Shown one piece after another: positions 1-12,320 of a stretch of 64,000 nt of DNA. Within the stretch, counting starts at the first letter, position 1, and every line of letters begins with the position of its first letter. Where the stretch lies: positions 84,444,001 through 84,508,000 of the forward strand of contig OZ024741.1 in NCBI GenBank assembly GCA_964016885.1, given 5' to 3'. The DNA comes from Eledone cirrhosa. Taxonomy: Eukaryota. The notes beneath the pieces were generated by a model. It was not told where the DNA came from and did no database searches. It worked only from the letters and a program-made list of their open reading frames with translations. The translations under genes were made by a program, and so were the position numbers.

Positions 1-29
1 TCCGGAGCAAAGTAATTCACGTCTATATT

Positions 30-468
30 AAGTGGTAATTGATATAGAGAGGGGGACTGAGAGAGAGTGTCCGTGTAATAGATATAGAGAGGGGGAGATT
101 TTGGTGTTAATTGATATAAAGGGAGAATTGGGGGAGGGTATTGGTAGTGAGAAAGAAAGTTTGGTGGAAATGAATAGAGTGAAAGGATTGATAGAGAAAG
201 GTATTGATAGATATAGAGAGGGGGAGAGTTTGTTAGTGCTGAATGAAGTGAGAAGGAATGAGAGAGAGTGCTGTATGGTAGATATAGGGAGGGGGATTAG
301 GAAAGTATTTTGTATGGTTGATGTAGAGAGTCGGAAAGTTTCGAGGTAATGAATGGAATGAGATGATTGATAGAGATAGGTATTGATAGATATAGAGAGG
401 GGGAGAGTTTAGTAGTGATGGATAGAGTGAGAGGGAATGAGAGATAGTTTTGTATGGTAGATATATAT
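30..468. repeat. Degenerate purine-rich tandem repeat (core TAGATATAGAGAGGGGGAGA), left part
   Basis: Core motif recurs at ~41, 79, 209, 387 with variable spacers; the same repeat resumes at 2570-3005 beyond the LINE. Confidence 0.75.
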
Positions 469-2568
469 TTCTATTTATTTGCCACCAGGGCATCAAAGAT
501 TGGGACAAATACAAAGGGGGGAGTTTACACACATTTAAAAAGACGTGTAAAAAACATATAGCAAATTAAATTTAACAATCGATGTCCTCAATAGGGAGGG
601 GCGTTGACATGGGTCGCACACACCCCCGAAACAATGTGCAACCCTCCTCTTCAGGAGCACAAAGAGCGGGTGCTTCCTTCCTCTTCTCATTCTTCTCCTC
701 TCTCACCTACAGGCTGATATAGAGAGAAGGCCCATTCACTTGGGCCATTCTCGCTACTTTCACCCATCTTTCATAAAACTTGCTGGGGTAGAGCACCTCT
801 CTGTCCATTCTGATCCTTCTTCTAAAGTGGTACTTGAAAAAAAAGACCAATTGTTGGCTGGAGAAAAAGGTGTCTGACCTCAGCCCTTTCAACCTTGTCC
901 ACCATACAGATTCTTTCGCCATGGCTATCACACAGAGGAAAACCGCCTCTTCTTCGTTTTTTAAAGGGGGAGGCGGTTTGATTGTGACAATGTTGTCGGT
1001 GGTCAACCGGATTGGTCCCACCCGCGACAGTAGTCGTTCTACATAGCCCCACAGGTCAGGAACGCCCGGGCAGTGTACGAATGCGTGTGCGACGGTTTCC
1101 TCGTCACGCACGCATCTTGGACAGATATTCTTCGAGGGGTCCTTACCCGGGCGCCCGTGTCTGTAGAGCTTGTCCCGAACGAGTAGAACTCCTCGGTAAC
1201 ATTGCCAAGCCAAGGACTTTTGGAAGTTGTCCATCGGTCCCGAGCCAAACGTCCTACCGAACAGACTGGCCAGCTCGTCTTCCTCCATGCCCAGAGCCTC
1301 TCCGAGAGCGTCGTCGCACTTACTGCACACCAACCCTCTATAGAATGTTGAGGTTGAGTCTCCACTGATTGCCGGATCCGCTTGCCAGAGGGCCGTGAGC
1401 GCCTGGGCACATTCAATGTGCCAGTCGCCAACTTTTCTCGGTCTTTGCTTGACCCAGGATTGCAGCTCGGTGAGTGAGACGAGTCTCGGAAAGGCTCGCC
1501 TCACAAACAGGGCCCACACCGGCTGACCGGTGAGGAATACCTGAAGGTGCCGTAGCCTTAATGCGTGTCTACGCATCGTCAGACACGGCATCCCCAGCCC
1601 TCCGTTCGAAGGGTGTTGACAGCAGATGGATCTTCTCACCAAAGGAGCCCGCCTCTTCCAAAGAAATCGGAAGAACGCGCGCTCCATTTTGGCGAGTGTT
1701 TTCTCTGGGCAAGGCACGACGGTCAAGCGGTAGTAGATGACGGACGCTATATAAGCGTTCACCACCTCCGCTCGACCTTCAGGGATAGTTTGCACTCGGC
1801 CCACTTCTGGGCGAGTGCAAACACCTTGCCCGTTACCTCGTCCCAGTTTTTCTCCACCTGGAGGTCCGGTCCGAACCAGACCCCGAGCAGCTTCACTGGT
1901 CCCTCCGTCCAGCGTCCGACGATGCCGTCGGAAGCATCGTTTTGCCCCTCCACGTCCCGAGTTGCAAACCGACGGACTTGTCCCGGTTCAGCGTGGCTCC
2001 TGTGAACTTTTCATATTCCTCCAGTAAGGTGCCGATCTGCCCGATTTCCAAGGCGCACGACACCATTACTGTCACGTCATCGGCGTAGGCCGACACGGCT
2101 TTCCGCAATCCCGGTTCCAAGGGGATGCCCTGCAACAGCTCCAGCTTCCACAGTAGTGGCTCGAGAGCCAGCACATACAGGAGGGAGGAGAGAGGGCATC
2201 CCTGTCGAATGGATCGCGTGATTTGGAACGTCTCTGAGAGGTAGCCGTTCACCTTGACCCTCGAGCAGGTGTTGCTGCTGTGCATTGCAGCAATCCAGCC
2301 CCTGAAAACGGGTCCGAAGCCTGCCGCCGCGAGCACCGCATCCAGGTACCGATGGTCAACCCTATCGAACGCTTTAGATTGATCCAAGTTGATCAGGGCC
2401 CCACCAAAGCCGGGTTCGTTCCCTACCCTCTCTACGATGTATTGCATGAGGTGGAGGTTGTCGTGTATGGACCTGGACGGGATTACGCATGTCTGCGCTT
2501 CTCCCACCAGGTTGCCAACGATAAGCGCCAACCTCTTCGCTAACACCTTGGCCAAAATCTTTAACTCT
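469..2568 (-). mobile_element. 5'-truncated Tx1/L1-like non-LTR retrotransposon (ORF2: RT plus C-terminal Zn-knuckle, 3'UTR)
   Basis: RT motifs DQSKAFDRVDH, RQGCPLS, YADD in ORF 1893..2738; LLGVWFG in 1759..1953; GGLGMP and CPRC-x-ETVAHAFVHC in 707..1804; 3'UTR ends CCCTGGTGGCAAATAAATAGAAA on the minus strand. Confidence 0.93.
707..2568 (-). pseudogene. LINE ORF2 remnant split by two frameshifts (~1930, ~1778)
   Basis: Three overlapping minus-strand ORFs join into one protein: ...GTWRGKTML / SDGIVGRWTEGPVKLLGVWFG...KLSLK / GRAEVVNAYIASVIYYRL...; the N-terminal extension of ORF 1893..2738 beyond 2568 is flanking repeat. Confidence 0.85.
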
Positions 2569-2569
2569 A

Positions 2570-3005
2570 AGAGGGAATGGGTTGGTAGTAATTGATATAG
2601 AGGGAGGGGTTGTGAGACAGTTCCGGGTACTAGATATAGAGAGGGGGAGAATTTGGTGTTAATTGATATAGAGAGGGGGGTATGGAGAGAGTTCAGTGTA
2701 ATAGATAGAGATACGGGTAGAATTTGTTGGCTGTACATATACAGAGAGGGATAAAGGGAGAATGCCGTGTTGTAGATATAGAGAGGGGGAGAGTTTAGAG
2801 GTGCTTTATATACAGATTGCGAAAGATTAGTATAGATATTTATAGAGAGTGAGAGAATGTATAAGTCTTAAATATAGACAGTCGGATAAGAGAGGCGGTG
2901 TCAGAGTAGATATAGAGAGGGGCTGAGCTTGGCATTAGTAGATACAGAGAGGTGGATTAAAAGAGAGTTTTATGTGATAGACATATAGAGGAGGAGAGTT
3001 TGGTG
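2570..3005. repeat. Degenerate purine-rich tandem repeat, right part
   Basis: Same GATATAGAGAGGGGGAGA core as 30-468. Confidence 0.75.
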
Positions 3006-3009
3006 GCAT

Positions 3010-3320
3010 TCTCGGGTCCCAAATAATCGGAGGGGGGCCAATAATAGGATGGGGAGGCTTGAGAAAATCAGTAATTGTATAATGTACGTTCATAAATATG
3101 GGATTACTTTTTAGGTTTTTCTTTTGTCATATATAAGGAATTTTAATGTAAAATAATAGTACTATTAGATTCTCCAGCTGCTGTATCAATATGAATCACT
3201 GACAATAAATTTCGCCGGAGATAGATTAGCCAAATTTAATAAGTGGGTGTGGGGGGAGGGGAGGAGATCTGACTAATTAATAAGCGGTGGGTGAGCTCGA
3301 TTATTCAAGACCTAAGAGTA
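3010..3320. mobile_element. Possible MITE with imperfect terminal inverted repeats
   Basis: Left CTCGGGTCCCAAATAATCG vs reverse complement of right end CTCTTAGGTCTTGAATAATCG, followed by TA; AT-rich non-coding interior. Confidence 0.4.
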
Positions 3321-3465
3321 CATGAATTATTGACAGACATAACAATGAAAACTCAATACCGAAGTAGAGTTTAAATATTCATGAATTATGGCTAAGCCTT
3401 GTTACCTTGGAGTCTCACCTGCGTAATCACAGGATTACCAGTCGTGCACAGGTGAAACTTTAGAA

Positions 3466-3558
3466 TAACAAAATCAGCAATAGCGATAATGAATGAATAT
3501 ATATATATCTATATATATATATATATTCATTCATTATCGCTATTGTTGACTTTGTTAC
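3466..3558. repeat. Imperfect inverted repeat with (TA)n spacer
   Basis: CAGCAATAGCGATAATGAATGAA-(TA)n-TTCATTCATTATCGCTATTGTTG. Confidence 0.85.
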
Positions 3559-3757
3559 TCTGTCTCTCTCTCTCCCAATATATATATATATATATATATA
3601 TATTTCTTAAGGTTTGTTGAAATGATCATAGTATAAGAAACCTTTCAAGGATTTAAACCAGTCCAGCCTCATGATACTTCATTTATATATATATATATAT
3701 ATAAAATATTAAACAAATAATGAATAAACAATTCCTTATATTAAACAAAAAAAGTTC

Positions 3758-3905
3758 ATTATTTAACGATCGTTTCTAGGATATATATGTGTTAGAGTTG
3801 GCATGCATATTCAACAGATCTATGTACAAAATTATACAAAATTATACAAACTATCAAGATTAAATATACATACCAACACATATATACGCCGTCTTCAGAA
3901 ATAAT
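3758..3905 (-). ncRNA. Mirror copy of the long-stem-II hammerhead
   Basis: Other arm of the 408-bp palindrome. Confidence 0.7.
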
Positions 3906-4051
3906 TATTTCTGAAGACGGCGTATATATGTGTTGGTATGTATATTTAATCTTGATAGTTTGTATAATTTTGTATAATTTTGTACATAGATCTGTTGAAT
4001 ATGCATGCCAACTCTAACACATATATATCCTAGAAACGATCGTTAAATAAT
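3904..4051 (+). ncRNA. Type I hammerhead ribozyme motif with very long stem II
   Basis: ATTATTT-CTGAAGA-[CGGCGTATATATGTGTTGG...CTAACACATATATATCCTA]-GAAAC-GATC-GTT-AAATAAT: 7-bp stem I, canonical core, palindromic loop III, GUU triplet. Confidence 0.75.
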
Positions 4052-4287
4052 GAACTTTTTTTGTTTAATATAAGGAATTGTTTATTCATTATTTGTTTAA
4101 TATTTTATCTTGACTCTGTATACCGTTTATCTTTCACCGAAAGTGATTTTTCATTACATTTCTTCTTTCCATGATATCCGGAATACATTGAGTTCTTCAT
4201 ACGGATTGGACACTACCGTAAACTCTTGGTAGATTTATCTACATATATATATATATATATAGAAGTGGTTACACAACAGTTAGTTCA

Positions 4288-4337
4288 CCATACCGAGAAC
4301 AATTGTTTCACCTTAGCGGATTCTCAACTCGGAATGG
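4288..4337 (-). ncRNA. Minimal type I hammerhead, U3-A8 core variant
   Basis: Minus strand CCATTCCGAG-TTGAGAA-TCCGCTAAGGT-GAAAC-AATT-GTT-CTCGGTATGG. Confidence 0.8.
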
Positions 4338-4521
4338 GCATGGTTATAGGAACAGGAAGGACAACCGTACGAACACGCATGCGCAGAAACCCGGTCACTT
4401 CACACAGGCAATACTAGACTACGTGCGGGAGGTGTAACGGAGGTAACCGCGAAAGTCCGGAAAGTTTTTAGGTTGAAAATAAATTTTAAAAAATTAAAAA
4501 TAAAAATAAAATTACTAAGAA

Positions 4522-5250
4522 TCAGTCCGGAGCCTTGTAGTTGTGCAACAGGTGTTTGGCGACGTGTGGACAACGTGTGAAAAATTCATTTCTCGTGTTT
4601 AGGCAATCACTATTGCGTAATCTCTTTAGAACAGTTATTCGTTCGTCAATACATAAACCACACGTCGGATTTCCCATTGTGTATGGCTTGGAACTAGTGA
4701 TGGTTTTCCATTGAATGGAGTAGTCTATACTTGAGTCCTTGAGGGACCATACGTAGCTCACGAGTTTCGTGGATGAACGTCTGTCCGGGTACCTGAAGGT
4801 AGACTGGTGGTTCAGGAAACGTTCCTTAAATCGGCCCTCCGCCATGCCCACATAGGATTTGACCTCCTGTGGTTCGTTTGGTCGGTTGGGAGTGACCACA
4901 GCTTCATAAATTACAGCTGGTGTGTTGCATTGCTGTTGAAGGGGACAAGCTTCAGTCTTATGGCAAGAGCACCCCGGTGGGGTGTTGCTCCTAGGGCTGC
5001 TGGTGATGTGGGCCTTCATGTTCTTAGCGCAGGAGTATCCTAGTTTAACTTTGTGTCGGTTAAAGATGGATCGGTATTTATGACCTATGGGGAAGTGTCT
5101 ATCTAAGCGGGCTAGAAATGTTTTTCCTACATTGGTTTTAACGTTAAGTGAGAAGGGAGGAGAGAACCAGATAGTTTGTCTATTGTTGTGCTTACTTTTC
5201 TTAATGGTGCTGTTGCTAGTGGGAGAGCTAGGTGGTGAAGGTTGCTTCAG
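4522..5250 (-). pseudogene. PLE GIY-YIG endonuclease C-terminal coding remnant (open; the poly-Ser N-terminus is a (TTC)n artefact)
   Basis: Motifs as above; no RT catalytic domain retained. Confidence 0.85.
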
Positions 5251-5300
5251 ACAGGCCCGTTGGAAGGAGTATTTGAAGACACTTCCCCCACAACCCTCCC

Positions 5301-5382
5301 AAGAAGAAGAAGAAGAAGAAGAAGAAGAAGAAGAAGAAGAAGAAGAAGAAGAAGAAGAAGAAGAAGAAGAAGAAGAAGACGA
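5301..5382. repeat. (GAA)n microsatellite
   Basis: Direct reading. Confidence 0.97.
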
Positions 5383-5419
5383 CACACATCAGTCGCTAAG
5401 TAGCTAAAGACTAAAGGCG

Positions 5420-5920
5420 GAGAGCGAAGGCTTCATCTTAGCTGCCCAAGATTCATGGCCATATGTATGAGTTGGCACGAATACCGAATTGAAAATAGCG
5501 TGTGTGGCTTTTGAACCTACTTCCCTTCTTCTGATTACTGAATGCTGAAGCTGGCGCGTTACTGCACCAGCTCCTGCAATTCTTGCACTTAATTCAGCCG
5601 CCTGCTTCCATCACTAGTAAACACTGCCAAGAAATACTTGAACTTCTATACCTACTTCAATTGAACTCCATTCACATGTAGAGTGCATTGCTCAGGCTTC
5701 CTTGAGAGGACGAGTGTCTCAATTGTCGCAGCACTGATTTTCATTCCAGCACTCGGCATCAAACCTATTGAGTGCGAGTCGGAGATCACCTTCTGTCGTG
5801 TTAAATTAATACCACGTTGTCTGCAAATTCCAGCCGACTGATTTTAAATGCACCAGTTTTGATAACACTTCCTGCCCGGCTGCGCATGTCAATCCTGTTT
5901 ATGAAAATATTGAACGGGAG
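5420..5920 (-). mobile_element. Degenerate RTE-clade LINE RT fragment
   Basis: Manual minus-strand translation with stops/frameshifts: PFNIFINRID...ISRLEFADNVVL, GDLRLALNRFDAEC, GMKISAATIETLVLSRK, KFKY, VFVPTHTYGHESW. Confidence 0.8.
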
Positions 5921-6052
5921 GTATATAAATATGAAATTGAAATTCTGCATATACATCCTTATACATATCGTAAAGCAGTCGCAAAGGTTGTATAGAAAAG
6001 AAGGCGGTAGCGAATATGATTTTGCCTTTCATTTCATCGTATAGCCGTAGTT

Positions 6053-6410
6053 TCGTGTACATCCATATAGTAGCACAACAGCAAACAGCTGAACTACGAA
6101 GTGTGGGGAGCATAGAGCCGGGAGGTGTTGGGGGTCAGAATAAATGTTGGGAAATTCAACACCGACGGCGCCACAACCGCGGCACTGGGTGCCAGGTGAT
6201 CGCAAGAGAAACAAGAACACGTGCACCCTCAATCGTGTACAGCCATATAGTAGCACAACAGCAAACAGCTGAACTACGAAGTGAGAGAAGCATAGCGCCG
6301 GGAGGTGTTGGGGGGCAGAATAAATGTTGGGAACATTCAACACCGACGGTGTCACAACCGCGGTGTTGGGTGCTAGGTGATCGCAAGAGAAACAAGAACA
6401 CATGCACCCT
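6053..6410. repeat. Two-copy tandem duplication, 180-bp unit
   Basis: CGTGTAC-x-CCATATAGTAGCACAACAGCAAACAGCTGAACTACGAAGTG starts at 6054 and 6234; scattered substitutions. Confidence 0.9.
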
Positions 6411-6679
6411 TAAACAAGAGCACTGGCAAGTGTATGTCAGTGGTGTGTGTGTTTACTCACATGCGCTTGTATGCATCAGGATGAATAGATTTAGAGAGCT
6501 ATGTGTGAGGAGAGGAATATGTGTGTTGGATGGTATATACGAGTTTTGTAAGTGTGTATTGGGTGGCAGCGGGAATTGTGTGTGTGTGTATTTGTGTATG
6601 ATATCAAGGATAATGGGTCGTTATAGAAACAGGGCGGAATTGCGTCCATTCGGAAAAGTAGTTCCAAAGCGAAATATTG

Positions 6680-6729
6680 TGTGTGAGTGAGTGTGAGGTG
6701 TATGTGTGTTGGTGTGTGTGTGTGTGTAT

Positions 6730-6761
<32 letters not shown>

Positions 6762-7048
6762 ATTTGTGAATGGAAAAAGGAAACGGAAACAAAAAAACAA
6801 ACAACACAGTACAATGAAGAAATATATTAGTTTAACGCTTGATATGGTAGGAAAAAAATCTAATGTCCCAAATGTAAAAACTCTTTTTCTGCTATGCTAT
6901 ATCAAGCGTTAAATTAATATATTTCTTCCTTGTACTGTGTTGTTATCTTTTTGTTTCCGTCTACTTTTCGAATATATATATATATATGTATATATATACA
7001 AGTATGTATATGTGTGAATGAGCATATGGGTGTGTCCATGTGTGTGTT

Positions 7049-7093
<45 letters not shown>

Positions 7094-7730
7094 CCGGATC
7101 TCTGTTTTCGTAAAATTTTCTTTTATTATGTCTCGTAATCTACACGTTCGTCAAAAATAGTCATTGAGGGAATACGTACAAGATTTGATAAAAAATAAAT
7201 GACTGTAAGCTATATGATCTATAGAATCAAGAAGAGTGTCGGATTATAGAGGCAATCTATGGACTAAATCCAGTAAAAGTACAATAAAATACACACTTAC
7301 ATTTACCATTTGGTTCGTTTATTCTCCTTCGAAATAAGAGAATTCCAATGTTACTCAGTATGTTTTCTTTTATCGTATATATTTAAAATAAATGATGCAC
7401 TCTAAAGACAATGTGAGTGCCTGCGTATGTCGCTGCTTGTTTGTGCCTATGTGTGCGTGTATATGTGTGTGTGTGTATATGTGTGCGTGTGTATATGTGT
7501 GCCTATGTGTGCGTGTATATGTGTGCGTGTATATGTTTGTATGTAGTTGTGTATATATATCTGTGTTTATATTTGCGTGCATTTTTCTATATATGTGTAC
7601 CAATATTTGTGCGTGTATTTGTGTGTTAGTTTATAAATTGTATGTTTAGTGCGTATAAATGCTTGTGTCTGAGTTCGCACGTGTGTATTAATTTGCGTAT
7701 GTGTATGTGTGTGTGTGGGCATGTATATGT
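6680..7730. repeat. Clusters of (TG)n/(TA)n/(TATG)n degenerate microsatellites
   Basis: Direct reading (6680-6762, 6972-7092, 7450-7730). Confidence 0.85.
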
Positions 7731-8505
7731 ATGATTAAGCCAGTATTAATTCAATTGCTTCAGGTTTTAGAAGAGAAATCAAAGAACTATTCAGTTGCAT
7801 AACTTTCCCATTTCAGTTAATAGTCACAAAATGCACAATTTTAATCAAGCCTGCTGAAAGCCGGTCTCTCTTTTCTTTCAAGAACACAACACATTTCTAA
7901 ATAATTGTTGTTCCATAGTTTAATACATTTAAAATGTAGTACTCTCTATAATTAACTTTTACTCTGATTAAAATCGAATAGGAAAAACGAACAAACAGAT
8001 TTGCATGAGCTCTTTCTCTGTAAGATTAAACTGAGCACATCGATTTACTTTATTAAAGTGGCTTCGGAAACAAATGAAACGTTTCTTAATCGGCAACCGA
8101 TAATTGCAAGAATCTGAAAGTGTTTGTCTTGAAATTCATATTATGAAGAGGAAATCTTCTAATAGAGAATCTAACAAAAGAGCAAAGATAGAAAAGAAAA
8201 TGAAAATATAAAATAAAATGAAAATAAAACATGAACGCTCATACGTAAAGCGAGGAGAGAAGATTTTCATGAGAAAATTGTCATTGCTGTGAATAATAGA
8301 TGGAAATTTAAAATTAGAAATCCATTGATCGACACTTAGCTTCTAATGGGGCTGAAAGGGCACCGGTGTGTCATACGGCAAATTTTGTGCATTATTAATA
8401 TAGCGGAACCTGGCCCTCTTCAGCCGAGTTTTTTCTAAAGAAAGAGTATAGAGTGAGAGAAAAGTGAGTTAAAAACAATTATAGAGAAGGCCTTGCCTCC
8501 AATTT

Positions 8506-8641
8506 CGACTGGTACATTTTTATCGATCTCGAAGGGGAGAAAGGCTAAATTGTCATTGGAGGTATATGAACTAAAATCCTAGAGGGATGAATACCGCAAA
8601 TCATTCTATCCAATATCTTAATGACTAACAATTCGCCGCCT
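8506..8641 (-). mobile_element. Degenerate tRNA-derived SINE
   Basis: Reverse complement aligns by eye to 12161-12303 (GGCGGCGAATTG...GTTCA...GCCTTTC...TTCGAGATCGATAAAAA.GTACCAG). Confidence 0.6.
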
Positions 8642-8849
8642 TATAATTTATTGTATAAGGAATGATAATGGACCGTGGTGCTTTTGATTTTACTAAACGT
8701 TTGATAATACATTCTCAATAATAATTGGATCACCAGCAAACTGAAGACATTACTGATATATTTAACATAAAAATCATGCTCCAGTGATGTGCTGTCAACA
8801 TGTATCTCTATCGACTCAAATGAAAGACGTAATTGAAATCGTTACCTTA

Positions 8850-9031
8850 ATGGTTTCTAATTTAGCCACAAGGCCGGCAATTTACAGGGAAGGTGTGTCT
8901 ATATATTGACCCATAAGAGTGAAAGTCAAAGTTGAGCTCGATGTTATTTGACCTCAGAATGGAATGGGCTGAAACAAATACTGCAAAGTATATTGCCCGA
9001 CGCTTTAACGAATCTGCCATTCCAGCGCCCT
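8850..9031 (-). mobile_element. Degenerate tRNA-derived SINE
   Basis: Minus strand TGGCAGATTCGTTAAAGCGTCGGG...TTCTGAGGTCAAAT...ACTTTGACTTTCA, same family as 12161. Confidence 0.55.
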
Positions 9032-9334
9032 CTAAATTTTAAATACTGAATTAATGTTATGAGATCAAGTATTATAATAAAATGAGTAATCATGTGACAA
9101 TCACTTTGTGGTACTCTTGTTTGGAAGTTTGTCATTTCAGTATATATATATGGTTCACTGTCTTCCTCCCTACCTCTCCCACACTCAGAACAATAACTAT
9201 CTACCTGTGTATCTATCTGTGAATTTTTGGACGATAAAAACATCTATCTACCAACGTATCTATCAGCCTATCTGTATATCTATCTACATACATATCTACC
9301 TACATATCTGTCTGTCTATTTGTTTATATATATG

Positions 9335-9405
<71 letters not shown>

Positions 9406-9744
9406 ATTTATTTATCTATCTGCGTGTCTTTCTATATCTCACTCCCTCTGTCCATCTCAATCTATTTGTCTATGTGTGTGTCTAATTCTCACTCTAACTG
9501 TCTATATCTTCATCTATATCCCTATCTATCTTACTTGTTATCCTTCTGTCCCTCTATTTCACTACAAATCTACCTACGTATCTATCTATTCGTCCGTCGA
9601 ACCATTTACCCATATATCACAATAGATAGACATACATATATAAACGTATTTATCTCCAGTCAAGAACAACAATAACAACAACAATAAAGCATGAATCACA
9701 ATAACTGTCCACCCGAGGATAGGTAAAAAATAGATAGATAGAAT

Positions 9745-9777
<33 letters not shown>

Positions 9778-9849
9778 TAGACAGACAGACATAAGATAAA
9801 TACATATACATATATATAGAAGTAGTAACACAACAGTTAGTTCACCATA

Positions 9850-9890
9850 CCGAGAACAATTGTTTCACCTTATGCGGATCTTCAGCTCGG
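9850..9890 (-). ncRNA. Minimal type I hammerhead, canonical core
   Basis: CCGAG-CTGAAGA-TCCGCATAAGGT-GAAAC-AATT-GTT-CTCGG. Confidence 0.82.
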
Positions 9891-10760
9891 ACTGGACATC
9901 GTTATAAGGTTGTGCTGCTCTGTAAAAGATTATTACAGGAGAGATTAGAGATTCTAGTACTGATATTATGTACGAAGTTTCTAAAACAGTAGGAGGGTGG
10001 GATGAGTTTTACTGTTTTTAGAAACTTCGTAAATAATATCAGCACTATAATCTCTAACCTCTACTCTGATAAGGCTATCTTTGACAGAGCAGCACCCTAA
10101 TATAACACGGCGTTAGCTAACAGAGGCTTCTCACAACCAATTACTTACTCCCTCACTAACAACAGCAATAAGAAAATAAATCGTAACAATAGACAAACTA
10201 TCTGGTTCTCTCCTCCCTTCTCACTCAACGTTAAAACTAATGTAGGAAAAAGGTTTTTAGCCCTCTTAGATAGACACTTTCCCATAGGTCACAAATACCG
10301 CTCCATCTTTAACCGACACAAAGTTAAACTAGGATACTCCTGCGCTAATAACATGAAGGCCCACATCACCAGCAGCCCTAGGAGCAACACCCCATTCAAT
10401 GGAAAGCCATCACTAAGTCCAAGCCATACGCAAGGGGCAATCCGTCTTGTGAACCTTGTATTGAAAAAAGGATAAATATGCTAAGGAGATTACGCAATAG
10501 CGATTGCTTAAATTCAAGATATGAAATCTTATCACATTGTCCACGTGTCTGGAAACACCTCTTGCATAACTACAAAGCTCCGGATTGAATAACAACAACA
10601 TTTCTAATTTTCTACTCAACTCTAACATCTTTTCTGGACTTTCATAGTTATCTCCCTTACAACTTTCACCCGTGTTTTTATATCGCTTGGGTGAAGTGAC
10701 CATTTCTGCGCAGGCGCGTTTATACGGTTGTTCTTCCTGTTCCGTTTAACCATGATAAGT

Positions 10761-10801
10761 CCGAGCTGAAGATCCGTATAAAATGAAACAATTGTTCTCG
10801 G
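10761..10801 (+). ncRNA. Minimal type I hammerhead, stem II degraded
   Basis: CCGAG-CTGAAGA-TCCGTATAAAAT-GAAAC-AATT-GTT-CTCGG. Confidence 0.7.
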
Positions 10802-10897
10802 TATGGTGAACTAATTGTTGTGTTACTACTTCTTCCAAACTCGTCTATGGACTGAGTGCTTTACCACTACGGATATTACCTTCCAGTGTTCTACCTC

Positions 10898-11960
<1,063 letters not shown>

Positions 11961-12160
11961 CGAGAGAAAGATAGAAGAATGTCATCATAATTTGGGGGAT
12001 CGATCTTTGAAAATGATTAAAGAAAATATGGATAAAAATCATTGCAATTTATATAAATCAAAGTAAAATGAAATGCAACAATGGTTTGTGTGACAGAAGG
12101 GAGAAAGGCAAGGATAATCGATGATTCCTACAAACCCCGTCATTTTTGAGAGGTAGCTTT

Positions 12161-12320
12161 GGGTGGCGAATTGGCAGAGTCATTAAAACGTCGGGTAGAG
12201 AGCTTTGTGGTATTCGGTCCGGCTCTCTGCTCTCTCTAAGTTCAAATCCAACCGAGTTTCACTTTGCCTTTCATCCTTTCGAGGTCGATAAAAAAGTACC
12301 AGGCTAGTCCTCGGGTCGAT
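12161..12320 (+). mobile_element. tRNA-derived SINE (cephalopod-type)
   Basis: A-box-like TGGCAGAGTCATT, B-box-like GTTCAAATCC, then CTTTGCCTTTCATCCTTTCGAGGTCGATAAAAAAGTACCAG; four related copies in the window; family recognition from memory only. Confidence 0.7.

Larger units (their letters stand above)
3701..4108. repeat. Perfect 408-bp palindrome with no spacer (centre 3904/3905); part of a non-coding insert 3701-4242 between (TA)n tracts
   Basis: Centre CAGAAATAA|TTATTTCTG; arms read as reverse complements out to 3701/4108. Confidence 0.95.
4262..5300 (-). mobile_element. Penelope-like element copy A (5'-truncated; GIY-YIG endonuclease region plus 3' pseudo-LTR)
   Basis: ORF 4522..5385: IWFSPPFS, KLGYSC, CSC-x5-CPL-x3-C, VIY...YVG...FKERFLNH, YVWSLK, CGLC, LNTRNE, CPH; HHR downstream; abuts (TA)n. 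Confidence 0.9.
9818..10897 (+). mobile_element. Penelope-like element copy B: inverted pseudo-LTR stub (9818-9905), fold-back (9903-10104), internally deleted EN region, 3' pseudo-LTR
   Basis: High nucleotide similarity to copies A and C; HHR at both ends in opposite orientation; flanked by (TA)n. Confidence 0.9.

Noticed and set aside
8350-8425. Hairpin GGCTGAAAGGGC...GCCCTCTTCAGCC with CTGAAGA on the minus strand as a hammerhead
   Set aside because: No GAAA or stem III after the putative stem II
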